Below, in pieces: positions 1 to 12,243 of a DNA stretch of 64,000 nt. The stretch is taken from positions 124,001 to 188,000 of the forward strand of contig OZ237750.1 in assembly GCA_965178125.1 (NCBI GenBank). The letters run 5' to 3'. Both the position numbers and the translations under genes were made by a program. The notes below the pieces were generated by a model, which was not told where the DNA came from, did not search any database, and was given only the letters and a program-made list of their open reading frames with translations. The first letter of the stretch is position 1, and each line of letters opens with the position of its first letter. Origin of the DNA: Bilabrum cf. latius (lineage: Eukaryota).

Positions 1-150
1 CCTCAGCCAGAGCTGGCGAATGATCGATGGAGCGGGTCATCGGACACTTGAGCCGCTGGGAGCGGGTCACGACCCGTGGTCTCTTCCACTAGTGGCAGCA
101 GGCTGAGAGGTGCTGGCATTCAGGCCACGAACGAAGCGTCTGCCCCAAAC

Positions 151-2321
151 TAGTCAACCCATGGCCTCCTCAAGCAGCTTCACGCACTCTTCGTGACCTC
201 CAAGCCGAGCCGCCTCCAAAGCCGTCACGTCCCCGCCCGCACCACCCACCATGCCCCGAGCCACCAGCGCCCCCGCCAGCTTGCCCAGCCTCAGCCTCCT
301 GGCCAGCTCCATGGGCCTGCCCTCGCTGGCCGCCGCCCACGCCAGGCCCCTGTCCTGCAGGGCCCGGCCCGCGTGCCTCCACCGCACGACGGCCCTGTGC
401 CTGGGCGAAGTAGCCAGCGCCATGCCCCGCCTCCAGTCCGACGCCAGCCTAGTGCCGGGATAGTACCTTTGCAGCATGCCGTGGACGATGGCCGCGGCTT
501 GTGGTCCACTCGTCACACCATCCAGGTCGCGCATGAGCGAGGGCGGCACTCGACTCCCAGAGATCTCTCCAAACCTGAAATCTTCTCCCTCTTTCGGCTT
601 GGAGGCTTCCTCCCAGGCCTTTGCATCCGTTGTGAGCTCTCGCAATGCCTCCTATGCATCTGCCTCTGGCAAGTACGTCCGGAAGCTCCTGAGAGCTTTC
701 TCTTGCTATCCGGCGCTGCCCTGCCCACTCTGGGAGGTACTGCAGAAGCCTTGCGATTTTTGGTGGTACCAGTACACAGCTTGGCTCAAATAGGAGATCA
801 GGGCCTTGGGCGCGTGCGACCCGGCCTGAAGCAGCATGGCCATTGACACTACCTCGGTGGGGTGGTCGCATCGGGTGTCCGCGGGTGTGCGACCGGTGCT
901 GTTGCGCAGGGATAGGTCGGCCCCGGCATTCAATAGAACTTGCTATACTTTAATGGCTGGGTGCGAATACCAATGCACAAGGCTGGCCTGCCGAGTCTGT
1001 ATGAAGTGCAGCAGGGTCCAGCCTGTGGTAGTTGCTGCGTTCGGGTCTGCCCCTGCTGCAAGCAGCAACTGTGCAATGGGAGCCATTGAATCGTGCGTGC
1101 AGAAGTGCAGGGGGACGGATGTTCCCTGCGATAAGAGTATGTATCGCAGAAGAGACGCATTCAAGATGTCGGTAGCACGCCACTGGCAGAGCCGGTTCAT
1201 GTCATAGACCCAAGTTGCGCACCAAATGTTTTTGCAAATGCAGCACTGCTTACCCAAGCTACGAACGCATGATTTGCTCCAGCGTCCAGAAGCCTCTTAA
1301 CAATGCGTTTACTCATGCTTGCGTAGTCTGGAGCGCCCAGGGTGTTGAAGAGCTCCTGAGACATCGGTCTTGAGAATGGGATCGCGCATGCAAGGCAGTT
1401 GCTGATGGAGGCGTTGGCTCCATGTGACAGTAAAAGTTCCACCATTGGAACATCTGAGTTATAACACGCTATATCAAGCGCTGTCGTGGTTGAAGGACCA
1501 CAATTCCGGCGGCCGGAGCCGGGTGACGTGATGAAGTTCGGATCGGCGCCGGAAGCAAGCAAAACGTTGGCAATCACGTGCTTCTGGTGAGCAACCACAG
1601 CTTGTAGAACCGTGAGCTTGACGTCATTTAAGAACTACGGGAGTCCCGACCACCTCTTAGTCGCCTACAGGGAGCATCCGAGAGCTGCGTACTCGTTGAT
1701 GATCTCCTTGACCTCATCGCTCCTATCGGCCACTGAAGCCTTGATGGAGTCAAGCAGGGCTATTGCCTTTTGCCGATCCTTTATATCCAAATCATCCAAA
1801 CGTCTTGACGCTGGTTTGTTAGAGCGATCGCTCATGTCGCTGCTGCTGAGTGCCGCAACGACAGTGGATGATTTGGATTTAAAGATTAAAACCACCTCCG
1901 GACCGGAGGCTCCGGTCCACGAAGAAGATGAAAAATACCACTGGTGGCACTCAGGCTGCCAGTGCCACAACGGCACCCTGCAAGCAGGCTCAGTGGTGCT
2001 GGCATTCAGGCCACGAACGAAGCATCATCTACCCCCGAGTAGATATAGTCAACCCATGGCCTCCTCAAGCAGCTTCACGCACTCTTCGTGACCTCCAAGC
2101 CGAGCCGCCTCCAAAGCCGTCATGTCCCCGCCCGCACCACCCACCATGCCCCGAGCCACCAGCGCCCCCGCCAGCTTGCCCAGCCTCAGCCTCCTGGCCA
2201 GCTCCATGGGCCTGCCCTCGCTGGCCGCCGCCCACGCCAGGCCCCTGTCCTGCAGGGCCCGGCCCGCGTGCCTCCACCGCACGACGGCCCTGTGCCTGGG
2301 CGAAGTAGCCAGCGCCATGCC
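151..2321. repeat. Direct repeat of 276 bp (151-426 and 2046-2321) covering the 3' coding ends of both ankyrin genes
   Basis: One mismatch seen by eye. A further ~30-bp match (ggtgctggcattcaggccacgaacgaagc) lies downstream of both stop codons, at ~109-137 and ~1996-2024. Confidence 0.9.
154..1835 (-). CDS. Ankyrin-repeat protein (paralog 1); one intron at 1126-1253; 5 in-frame TAG read as sense
   Basis: ORF pieces 1665-1976/1197-1598 share a frame, as do 943-1257/706-933/154-645. They are joined by TAG at 1665, 1635, 943, 706 and 652 and by a phase-0 GTAAGC...CGCAG intron. Ankyrin motifs: LLASGADPN, TALDIAC..MVELLLSHGA, GWTLLH, GRTPAD, TALEAARLGGHEECVKLL. Ends at TGA. Confidence 0.8.
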
Positions 2322-4240
2322 GAGCCTCCACCCACTCGTCACACCACTCCAGGGCAGGTGCTCCTCCAGGCACCTCAGCACGGCAGCCGTCACTGCTGCG
2401 CCCCTGGCTTCGACCTGCATGAGGGCCTTGTGCAGCGCACTGCAGCATCTGGTCGAGGCAGCCACCGCCCCTCCACTGGCCCACCCCGTCACAAGTCTCT
2501 CCTCTATCTCCTTCTCCTTCTCCTTCTCGGCGAACGCCCGTGCACGCAGCTCTGATTCGAGCCTATTGCGGATGGCATCGTCCTGGACATCCCCAACGCC
2601 GGCAGCTACGGATCCGGGGGCGGGTGGTGACCCGGAATCAGAACTGGCGCCTTCCCCATCGGTAGCAGAACCACTTGCTTCAGAAGCCGCCCTGCTGCTG
2701 CCGCCGCGTGTCTTTGCAGACGTGCCGATCACCAGGTCTTTGCGCACCTGCATTTCGAATTCCACGCGCTCTTTGAGATCTTCCTATTCCTTCTCCGGTG
2801 TGCGCTTGTGATCATTGGCCATCACGACTCGAATCACCCCGACACACCGGAGCGGCTTGCCCGCGTCCCTTTCCTTGCCTATCATTTGTTGCAAGCAACT
2901 GGCCACGCGTTCTCGGCAGTCACGCAGCCCGGCTTTAGGCGCACTGACCAGGACTTGTTGCGAGCGCAGTAGCAGGGCCACCACGGTGGGGCTGCACAGT
3001 TCGTGATGCTGACCCGTGAGGTAGTCGAACGGCGTCTTGCCGGTCTCGGTGACTGCCCCGAAATCCGCGCCGTGGTCCGCGAGCAGCTGCAAAATCCTTG
3101 CTCCATCCGTTGCTCTTGACTGGTGCAGCTGGCTGCACACGTAGTGCGCGGCCGTCCATCCCCGAGAGTTGCTCGCCCGAGCACTTGCTCCGTGTGCGAG
3201 CAGCAACCGGGCCAGCGGCTCGTGCGCCTCGGCGGTGCATGCGTGGAGGGGCGGCGAATCGTCCTGTGAGCATAAGCTGGGGGGTGGCAACAAAAATTAA
3301 GCTGTGCGCGATTCGATGGTCTGGACGATCGACATCCACCGTTCGCTGCCACAGCCGCCGTGACCTGCGGGCCGCTGGCATGTGCTCCTCGCTCACCCTA
3401 CCCTTGGCGTTGGGATCTGCCCCGGCGTCAAGAAGAAGCTTCATTACCACTAACGCGGCGTCAAGTATGTTGACTCCAGCAGTTGCTTTGTAGCCTGCCG
3501 CGCTAGAGCGCAGGGCGCGGCATCGAGCTACGGCTTGCAAGGCTGTGGCGCTGACAGACTGTGTTTCCGGCGTGGAATCCGCATGCTTTCCCGCGCTGTA
3601 ATAGCCCTGCAAGAGCTACAGTTGAAGCGCGGCCGCCTTTCGCGTGATCCGCTGGGTCTGATCATGACCTCGGACCACAGAGGACTGTGCGCCAAAACAG
3701 CGCACCTTTGGCATGGCCGCCGCCACTGGCGCACCTCGGCGGGCATCGGCTCCCAGCTCAATGAGCATTGACACCATCTGGATATCCTGGCGAAGAGCCG
3801 CTAACTCTAGCACGTATCCCTGGACCGGCTGCGTACCCTGGGAATAGACCGGTCGGTGAAAGTGGGCCTAGAGTGAGTGGGTCACAACGAGAACGGGTCA
3901 AGAATACGTATCTCACAAACACTCTCCGCAAATACTCGCTTTTATTATTCAGTATGGCCCCAGCTCTAACGACTTGGTGGACTAGATCTGAAAGTCCAAG
4001 CTCAACTGCAACGTCCATCAGTGTTGGGTCCTGTCCTGACAATTTGCAAGGAGTGAGTGCCGGCGTCTGCAACACCAAATCGATAGGAATGCCTCGAGAT
4101 CGCATTGCCTCGATCGTATGGTCTACAGACGCGCTATCGCCATCTAGCGCCGACCGAATTACCCTCTCGAATAGTTCATTGGCCTCCCTGCGAGTGAACG
4201 TATCATCTGCTGTGTAGTACTAGCTGGCATCAAATGACAT
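2049..4240 (-). CDS. Ankyrin-repeat protein (paralog 2); two introns (~3838-3916 and 3264-3396); in-frame TAGs
   Basis: Starts MSFDAS*YYTADD. Ankyrin motifs LLLDAGADPN, PPLHAC..LLLAHGA, GWTAAHY, GKTPFDY. TAG at 4220, 3616 and 2784 joins same-frame ORFs. The C-terminus is near-identical to paralog 1. Ends at TGA. The acceptor of the first intron is uncertain. Confidence 0.75.
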
Positions 4241-4430
4241 CAATACTGGTATTTTACAGCTGCGCCGGCTTGGTGCAGTTGAGTTTATCTGCGAGTGCCA
4301 AACTGCCGACCAGGTCACGGTCCTGTCATCGTCTTGCCTGGGCTCTACTAGTAGACCCAGAACTGCACACGTCATCGTGTATTTTCGAGACAGCAAACCA
4401 ACTCACGTATGCTAACCATCATCTTCAACG

Positions 4431-7055
4431 TTATGATCGAGCCCGTCTCCTCTTGTTCGACCTCATGCTCCTCGCTGCCTGCGAGTCCCGCTTCAGGGCA
4501 TCCCTCGAGAGCGGCTCAACGTCGCCGTCCCTGAGGTCGTCGTCATCGTCGTCCGAAGAGCTCTCGCCGCCCATTTTCAGCTCCGGGTCCCTCTGCGCCC
4601 GCTACACCGCGAGAGGCACGCCGCTTGCTCCAGCCAGTGTGCCGGCCCCAGACCCCATCATGCCGCCGGCCTCGGACGACCCCGCCCCCGCACCACCGGC
4701 CGCCGCCTCGGCCCGCCGCTGCTCCTGCAGCTGCCTCAGCCGCTCCGCCGCCTCCCTGCCCTTGGCCGCGGTCGCCGCCGAGGTGCTCTGCGCCGCGCCG
4801 CGCATGGAAACGGAACCGAATCCGGGCCGCTGGGCCCCGTCCGCCAGCGGCCCCCCGTCTGCGTCGCTGACCAGCGTGGGCCCTTCGAACCTCCCGAGCG
4901 TGGGTCCCGCGCCCGACAGGGTGACCCTCAGGTTGTTCTTCCTGGCTTCCTCCAGGTCCTGCTCGGTGACACCAAGAGCACTCACCACGTCGCCACCCCC
5001 ACCCCCGCCGCCGTCGCCTTGCGCGGCGCCGGTTCCGCCAGCACCACCGAAGGATGCACGGCCGCGCGTCGGCGAGGCGGCGCCCGCCCTTGCTGCCGGT
5101 GACAGCGGCGTCCCACCGCCCCCGCCGTAGGAAGCTGGCGATCCCGCGGCCTCAGAGCCCGGCCTCGAGGCCGATGCCCTGGAAGAGGCGCGCCCTCTAG
5201 CGGGCGCAGACACGGCGATGGCTCGGCGGACAACGTCGGGGACGGCCAGCTCCGGGGCCATCGGCGGCTCGTCCTCTTCCTGCCCGAGGGCTCCCGTGAG
5301 AAAGGTTCCGCTGGATTGCGCGGCGCCGCCGCCCTGCTCCATCCGAGTGAGCGCTACCTCCGTTTGTTCCTTGGCGAACTTTCGCAGGTATTCCAGCGCC
5401 TTTGCCAGCGTTCCCTCGCAGGAAGCCAGCGTCCTTGCCTCTTCCGATTCCGTGGGTTTGGCCCTCCTCCCCCTCCTGCTCCTTCCCCTGTGATCCACTG
5501 GACCGCCCTCGGGCCCCTTCGACTCGCCTCCTTCCTCGTCCCCGTCCCCGCCCGCCCCATCGCTATCATCACCATCATCCTCGCTGTCATCCATGGCCGG
5601 CATCAGAGTCAGCACACCCTGCCCCTGCAGCCCGAGGGCCTTCCTGACCCCTTGCAGCTGGGCGTCCAGGTGCTCGATCCCGACCCTGAGCCTGACCAGC
5701 TGCTGCTGGGACCGCTCCACCCTGTCTCTCACCACCGACTTCTCGTCCTCCGCCGCCTCCAGCTGCGACTCGAGCTGCGACACGGCGCTTGCACCAGCAG
5801 CCCCAGCGGCCACGGAGCCGCTGGCACCGGAGCCGAACTTCACAGCGTCCAGATGCTGCTTCAGCATCTGCGCCTCCTCCTTCAGCTCCTCTATCTTCCT
5901 TTGATTGTCCCTGGTGAGCTGCCTCAGCCTGCCCTGCTGGTCCTTCTGCCCTAGGATCTTGCTCGTGACCTCCTTCTCGTCACGCACCCCCGTTGCCTCC
6001 TGGATTCGCCTGAACGCCTCCTCGTACAGCTCCACCTTCTGCCTCACCTTCCTCGTCTCTTCCTCCACCTCGGCTCTCCTCTTCAGCTGCTCCTCCACGG
6101 CGGCCTTCAGCTCCTCCTCCTCCTCGGCAGCGAGGTCCCCAGCGATGGCAGCGGCTCGGTTCAGCCTGGCAGTCTCTCGCTCCCTCGCCAGGCGATTCAT
6201 CTCTGCCCTCGCCTGCGCGTGCATGCGCTTGTCTCTCAGTTCCCTGGCCCTCGCCTCCTTCTCCTCCAGCGCCAGCTGCTTGACCCTCTCGAGCTCAGCG
6301 GAGGCCACGTCCTTGGCGTGAGCCGCTTCCTGGTGCAGCGACTTGAGCTCCTCAAAGTCCCTTTCCTTGCCCTTGAGCGCCCTTTCGATGGCCTGCAGCT
6401 GGCTATCGAACCCCACTCGCTCCTCCCTGAGTCTCCTGACGATCTGGTCGTACGTCTTGTGGATGCTCTGCGCCTCGTTGTGCTTGATCAGGGCCTTGTC
6501 CAGGCGATTCTCGAGCGTGCGGATGCGCTTCGACAAGGGATCGTCCGTGGCCTGAGCCTGCTCTTCTCGAGTCAGCATGGTGAGCTCGCCCCGGAGTTTC
6601 TCGTAGTCTTTACGGAGCTTCGTGGTCTTGAGCTTGACTTGGTCGTACTCGGATCGCTTCTAGACGAGCTTCACTGAAAGCTTGTCCTCATCCCTCCCCG
6701 ACAATTCTCGCCTCTGCTCATCGCGCGCCTCTTTCTGTGCCTTGCCGAGCCCCTCTCGCAGGTGCTTGTTCTTGGAACGTAGCTCGCCAAGTCGTTGCTG
6801 CGCAGCCAAGACTCATACATCGGGACAGAGCTCTAGAGGATGCACATGGGTGAGTAAACGCAGAGCTCACACAACTCTCTGGGCACTGAGCAGCGAACAT
6901 GACTGTGCATCAGTTCTTACCTCGTTAACTCGTTTCCTAGTTTCATACTCGTCGAAAAATGCCCTTCGATCCCCTCGTACAAGGTCAAATTTCTCCTTTA
7001 GCGCCTCCAGTTGTTCTCTTGTAATCTCATCTACTACAGCTCGCTTTGAAGACAT
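4431..7055 (-). CDS. CCDC151: Outer dynein arm docking complex coiled-coil subunit (CCDC151/ODAD3-like); intron 6798-6920
   Basis: Family-typical segments LVRGDRRAFFDE, IRTLENRLDKALIKHNEAQSIHKTYDQIVRRLREERVGFDSQL and YEEAFRRIQEATGV. Phase-0 GTAAG...GCAG intron. TAG at 6660 and 4602 is read through to a DDDD..SRDALKRDSQ tail and TAA at 4431. Confidence 0.8.
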
Positions 7056-7202
7056 CAAATTCGAGTCTACCCAGGCTGCTAAAGGCCTACGACTGAATTG
7101 CCAACGGATTGTCCTTAACCGCACGCTACTTTGTTCACGGCCGAAATATCAAATCAGATTCCTTACTGGCAGGTTTTTCCCACCCCTGCCGGCCATATAA
7201 CC

Positions 7203-10200
7203 ATGGCGGCAGCTGGTGGTGCGGCTACTGAATCCAAGTCATCTAGTATGGGGTCTGCAGGGGACTCATTGCTCGGCGAAGCGATTGGAGCGCCTGTGGT
7301 GCCCCCTGTTGAAATCCAGGTATCCAGCGGCGAAGTCGTGACGCTCACGACAGAAGAGCTGTCCGACGATCCGGCTGAACTAATCGGTTTTCTTGAAAGT
7401 GAAAATGCTGCCATGAACGCGTGGTACCAAGTCGGTGTGAGTCCCGTCGGCAGCAGTGGCCGTGCAATGTGGCTTGCTTTAAGTGTGTTCACCTCACAAG
7501 CTGGCCCACGTTTGCTTTGATTCGTTCTAATTATTGTTATTATTCCAACTGCAGGTTATGTACTACCGGATGGGGAAGCCAAAGAGCGCCATTGAAGTCA
7601 TGCAAGCAGCGCTCAAGAGAGCACGGCAAGACAAGCGGGGAGCCACTGACAGCAAGAATTTCGCTATTGCGTAGATTAATGCCGCGGTAGCCGCGCTGCG
7701 CATCGAGCCGGTGTTCACTGGAGACGGTGCCGAAGTCAGGCTCTCCGGCGTGCCCCGCTTCAACGAGACGACCTAGTACCTGCACGAAGTCCGCGCCCAC
7801 TCGGCCAACACCGGCGAGTCGCTCCTGAACGCGATCAGCGCCATCCGAATCCTCGTGCAGGCCAAGTACTTTGCCGCGATCCAGCCGGCGGACGGCGACG
7901 ATCCTTCGAACGCGGAGGTGCAGCAGGAGCTCCGCAAGGCCAAGCTGGCGGGCCGCAGGGGGCTCTCCGCCCCACTGGCCCTCCGCCGGCGCTTCGGGGC
8001 GATGATGACCCGCAACGGGGACATGCGCAAGTTCATCGGGCAGGTGAGACAGGCCTTCCACCTCTCCAACCAGCAGTTCTCAGAGGCCGTCAGGGCGAGG
8101 GCCATCCGCGATATCCTCACGGAGGGCTCGGCCGTGTCCCAGGATACAGTGGCGGCCATCGAGCAGGCCGACAGGACCAACGTGCTGGACCGGCACAAGG
8201 AGACCCAGGTCCCCACCAACTCGGCCAAGCTTGACGACAGGGTGGCCAGCGAGACCAAGGCAACCGTGAGGAGGCTCCTGGACCCGCAGCAGCCCGTCCT
8301 CGTGGCGGCCGTGCTGGGCGAAGCCACGGCACTGTACCTCATGGGGGCCTTCCCCCAGGCACGGGCGATCTTCGCCGCGGCGATTCGCAGGGAACCTTCG
8401 CTGCCGGCCTCCGTGAGGGTGGGTCTGGGAATGACGCTGCTGGGCATGGGCCACCGGCAGGCCGCGCTGCAGGCCTTCAGCCGGGCGCTGCAGCTGGACA
8501 ACAACAACACGGCGGCGCTGACGGGCCACGCTGTGCTGAGCGAGCTCTCGGCAGACTCGGCGAGCGGCCGGCAGCAGGCCAGGTCCAAGACGATGGCTCT
8601 GGCGCTCCTGCACAGGGCGCACGACATCGACTCCACGTGTCCCGCGGCACTGCTGCACCTGGCCAGGACCTCGTTCTTCGACTGGCACAGGGGTCACGCA
8701 GCCTCCTCGTCTTCCTCGTCGTCGTCATCCGCGGCGGCGTCTAGCTTTGGGTCCCACGGGAAGCAGCCCCTCTCTGCGCAGCTCAGGAAGAGCGCGCCCT
8801 ACTTGTATCTCTCGGGGCGGCCCGACCCGCCGCTGAGGAAGGGCGAGCTGCTGCGGCTGGTGCGGGGCGGATCCTCGAGGGCCGGAGAGTCTTCCGCTGC
8901 CGCCTCTGGGGGGCAGAAGGAGGAGGAGGCCATCTTGGTGAGGGTGAACACCAGGAACCCGGAGCAGGGGCCGCCCGCCGTGCACCCTTCCCTGCGATCC
9001 GACGCGTTCGAGGGGACAGCGGAGCTTGAGGGGCACGTCAGGGTGCGCCTGCAGCAGCCGGTCGGTGCCTCTGGGGGCGGGTGGAGGCTCTACAGGCGCG
9101 ACTACACTAACAGCGGCAACCTGGCAAAGCACGCCGCCAGCGCCACCACCAACCCACGCACGCGCGCCGAGGCACTGTACCTGTGCGCCCGTGCCAAGCA
9201 CGCCAAGGGCCAGTACGCCGAGGCGGCGCGGGACTACGAGGCGGCGACCAAGCAGCGTCCTGCCATGGCCGTGGCCCACATGGGCCAGGGGCAGTGCCTC
9301 ATAGCGACTGGGAGCAACACGGCCGGCCGCCAGTGCATCTAGAAGGCGCTTCGAGCCGCCCCCGACTCCCCCGAGGCCCTCAAGCTGATGGCCACCATCC
9401 TTGAGGTCGAAAACAAGAAAGATCAGGCGCTCAGGTGCGCCAGACGGGCCACCGAGGTCGCCGCCAGGGACCCCGACGCCTGGCTCGGCCTCGCCATCAT
9501 GCTGCAGAAGAGCCCCGTGGAGAGGAACTGCAAGCTGGCCAGGGCCGCCTACCGCAGGGCCGCTCGCCTCATGGTGGAGGACGAGGACAGGTGGGGCCAC
9601 CCCCCTCCGGAGCTGCTGCTGAACATCGCCGCCCTCTTGCACCGGGAGGGCGACTTCGCGGGCGCCGAGGACCTGTACAGAGAGACGCAGGAGCTGGTGC
9701 AGACCGAGCTGCTGCCCCTGGCGAGCGACGAGGTGTACGGTTCCACCAAGGCGGCGCAGGCCGCTGCCTTCAGTCCGAGGCTCGGACTGACGTGCACGTA
9801 CAACCTCGCGCGCCTGAAGGAAGACACGGGCGACAAGGAGGAGGCAAAGGCCAGGTACACGGAGATTGCGGCGCTGTACCCGCTCTACCTCCCCGCCCAG
9901 ATGAGGCTGGCAGCCATGGCCCGCGCCGAGGGCAAGCTGGACGAGGCCGCGGGCATCCTGCGAGCGGCCGTCGACCGCGCCAGGCAGCCTGGCCCTAGGC
10001 GGACCGCCAAGCGAGTGCCCGGCCAGCGCAACGGCGCTCCTCTGGACGAGGACGCTCGGGACGCTCTGGTGATGCTCTCTGCGCTCGAGGCGCAGCGAGG
10101 CAGTCGCAGGGAGGTGGTTGAAGGGCTGCTGGCCGAGGTGGCGGAGGGCATGACGGACAGGGGCAACCGCAGGGAACAGTGTGCTCGGCTGCTCTCCGCC

Positions 10201-12186
10201 GCGGGGTTCCTGGACCGGCTGCACCGCGCCACGGACCCGCACAAGCGGGATAGGGCCCTGCGAAAGGTCTTTGACGCCTACAAGGACATCATGCGGGCGG
10301 CTCCAGGCTCCTTGCCGGCTGCGCAGGGCCTGGGCGTGGTGCTGGCGGAGCAGGGGAGGCTCGACCGGGCCAGGGAGGTGTTTGTGATGGTGCGCGAGAT
10401 GGCCGGCGGCGCGCCCGGAGCATCCAAGGGTCTGCTTTGGAGCGCGGATGCCTCGGCCTGCGTGAACCTCGCTCACGTCCTCGTGGCGCAAGGGCAGCAC
10501 GAGAGGGCGGCGCAGCTGTACAGCCACGCGCTTCGGGCGCCCGGCAGTGTGTTTGCAGCGGACAAGGAGCACAGGGTCAAGTGCCGCCTGTGGCTCGCGC
10601 GCGCCCGTGCCGAGCTGTCGCAGTGGAAGCAGGCCGTTGAGGTGACCCAGGCTGCTCTGGAGGAGGCGCCCGAGAGGGACGACCTGGCCTTCAACCACTC
10701 TCTGGTGCGAGCGGAGGGCGCCATCGTTGTCATGAAGCGGCCGCCCGAGGTTGGCTCCGTGAAAGAGAAGGAGGACGCGATCGCTGACCTGGAGTCTAGC
10801 CTGAAGGCCTTCCAAGAACTGCTTGTCCGCTGCAGGGAGCAGGAGGAGAGGTACAGGAGGTGGGAGGAGGCAAAGGACAAGAGGGGCCAGCGGGCCATGG
10901 CAGACGATGATGGGGACGAGGAAGAGAAAGGGAAGGGTGGGGCCGGCTCGAACGGAACTTCTTCTTCGTCCTCTGCTTCCTCTTCGTCCTCGTCAGCGGC
11001 AGCATCCGGAGCGGGAGGCGAAGAAGGCGACCCGGAGGCCTACTTGCTGTCGGACACGCCCCCCGACCGCCCCACCATCTCCATCTCGACCGTTGAGGAG
11101 CTCGCCCAGAAGATCGAGACCGGTGTGCTGCCCAAGGCCAAGAAGAGGCTGTCCAAGGCCCGCAAGGAGGCCGAGCGAAGGCAGAGAGAGAGGGACGCGA
11201 GGCGCGCGGTGCAGCAGGAGGCCATCTAGGAGAAGGAGCTGAAGGAGTCGGAGAAGAAGGAGGCAGAGGAAAAGAGGTAGAAGGACGCGGAGCAGCACGC
11301 CAAGCAGCTTCAGGACGAGCTGCTGCAGATCAGGCAGCAGCAGGTCGCTGCCCTGGAGCAGCAGCAGAGGAGGAAAGAGGCAGCCAAGATGCGCAAGAAA
11401 ACCAACCAACGGGCCGGCGGGAGGGCGAGGCCGGGTGAGGACGCGTACGACGTCAATGCGGACTTGGAGGGCACCCTGGCTGCGGCCTATCACTACGACG
11501 AGGACTTCGACATCCAGGGGGCCCTGGAGCTGGGCGAGACGCTGGAGGCGATCTTCGGGGCGGAGGTGCAGGCGCTCCTCGAACAGGCCGAGGGAATAAG
11601 CGCCGGGGCTGGGGCTGCGGCTGGGGATGGGGATGGGGGTGGGGGTGTGGATGGTGAGGGTTCGGGGGACTTGGGGGCGGTGTTTGAGGGTGTGGGGGAG
11701 CTGCCCGAGGCCAAGGAGGGCGAGGTGATGATGGAGGGACAGGCGCAGGTGGTGGAGGGGGCGGGAGGCGGGGCGGACGGGAATGCGGTGGACCCCGAGG
11801 TGGAGGGCATGTTGGCGGAGGCTTTTGGGGGCCTCGGTGGGGACAGCGACGATGAAGAGGGAGAGGATGGGGGTGGGGGCGGAGCTGATGCTGGGGCCGG
11901 GGCCGGGGCCGGTGCTGGTGCTGGTGCTGGTGCTGGATCTGGTGGCTCTGGCAGCATCGGGGGGAAGAAGCGGCCTCGCAGCACGATTGAGGATGACGAG
12001 GACGAGGACGAAGACGAAGGAGCAGACAAGGAGGGAGGCAATGGTGAAGCGCCTGCTGGCGGCACCGCGGTTGCAACTGGATCCGAGGTTGCAACCGGCG
12101 AGGTAGATGGGCAGGGCGCCGGTGCGGCTGGGGATGCTGATTCCAGCGGGGAATCGGCTGCGAAACGACCGAGGGTGGACAGCTGA
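7203..12186 (+). CDS. CTR9: PAF1 complex TPR subunit CTR9; intron 7437-7554; 5 in-frame TAG
   Basis: N-terminus EVVTL..EEL.DDP.ELI.FL.SE.A.MNAW...V.YY..GK matches the Ctr9 pattern. Also multiple TPRs, PPELLLNIAAL, TYNLARL, AAQGLGVVLAE..VF..VRE, VNLAHV and an acidic tail. TAG at 7672, 7774, 9340, 11227 and 11278, all in one frame. Ends at TGA. Confidence 0.85.
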
Positions 12187-12243
12187 TTTTACCCATAAAC
12201 AACGTATCGATAGGATCGATCTCATGTATGCCATGCAATGCAC

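Noticed and set aside
8725-10815. 696-aa minus-strand ORF, and similar ones at 59125-60498, 44882-46348 and 56537-58060
   Set aside because: They are antisense to CTR9, alpha-tubulin, the EGF gene and the EDC4-like gene, as expected in GC-rich coding DNA.
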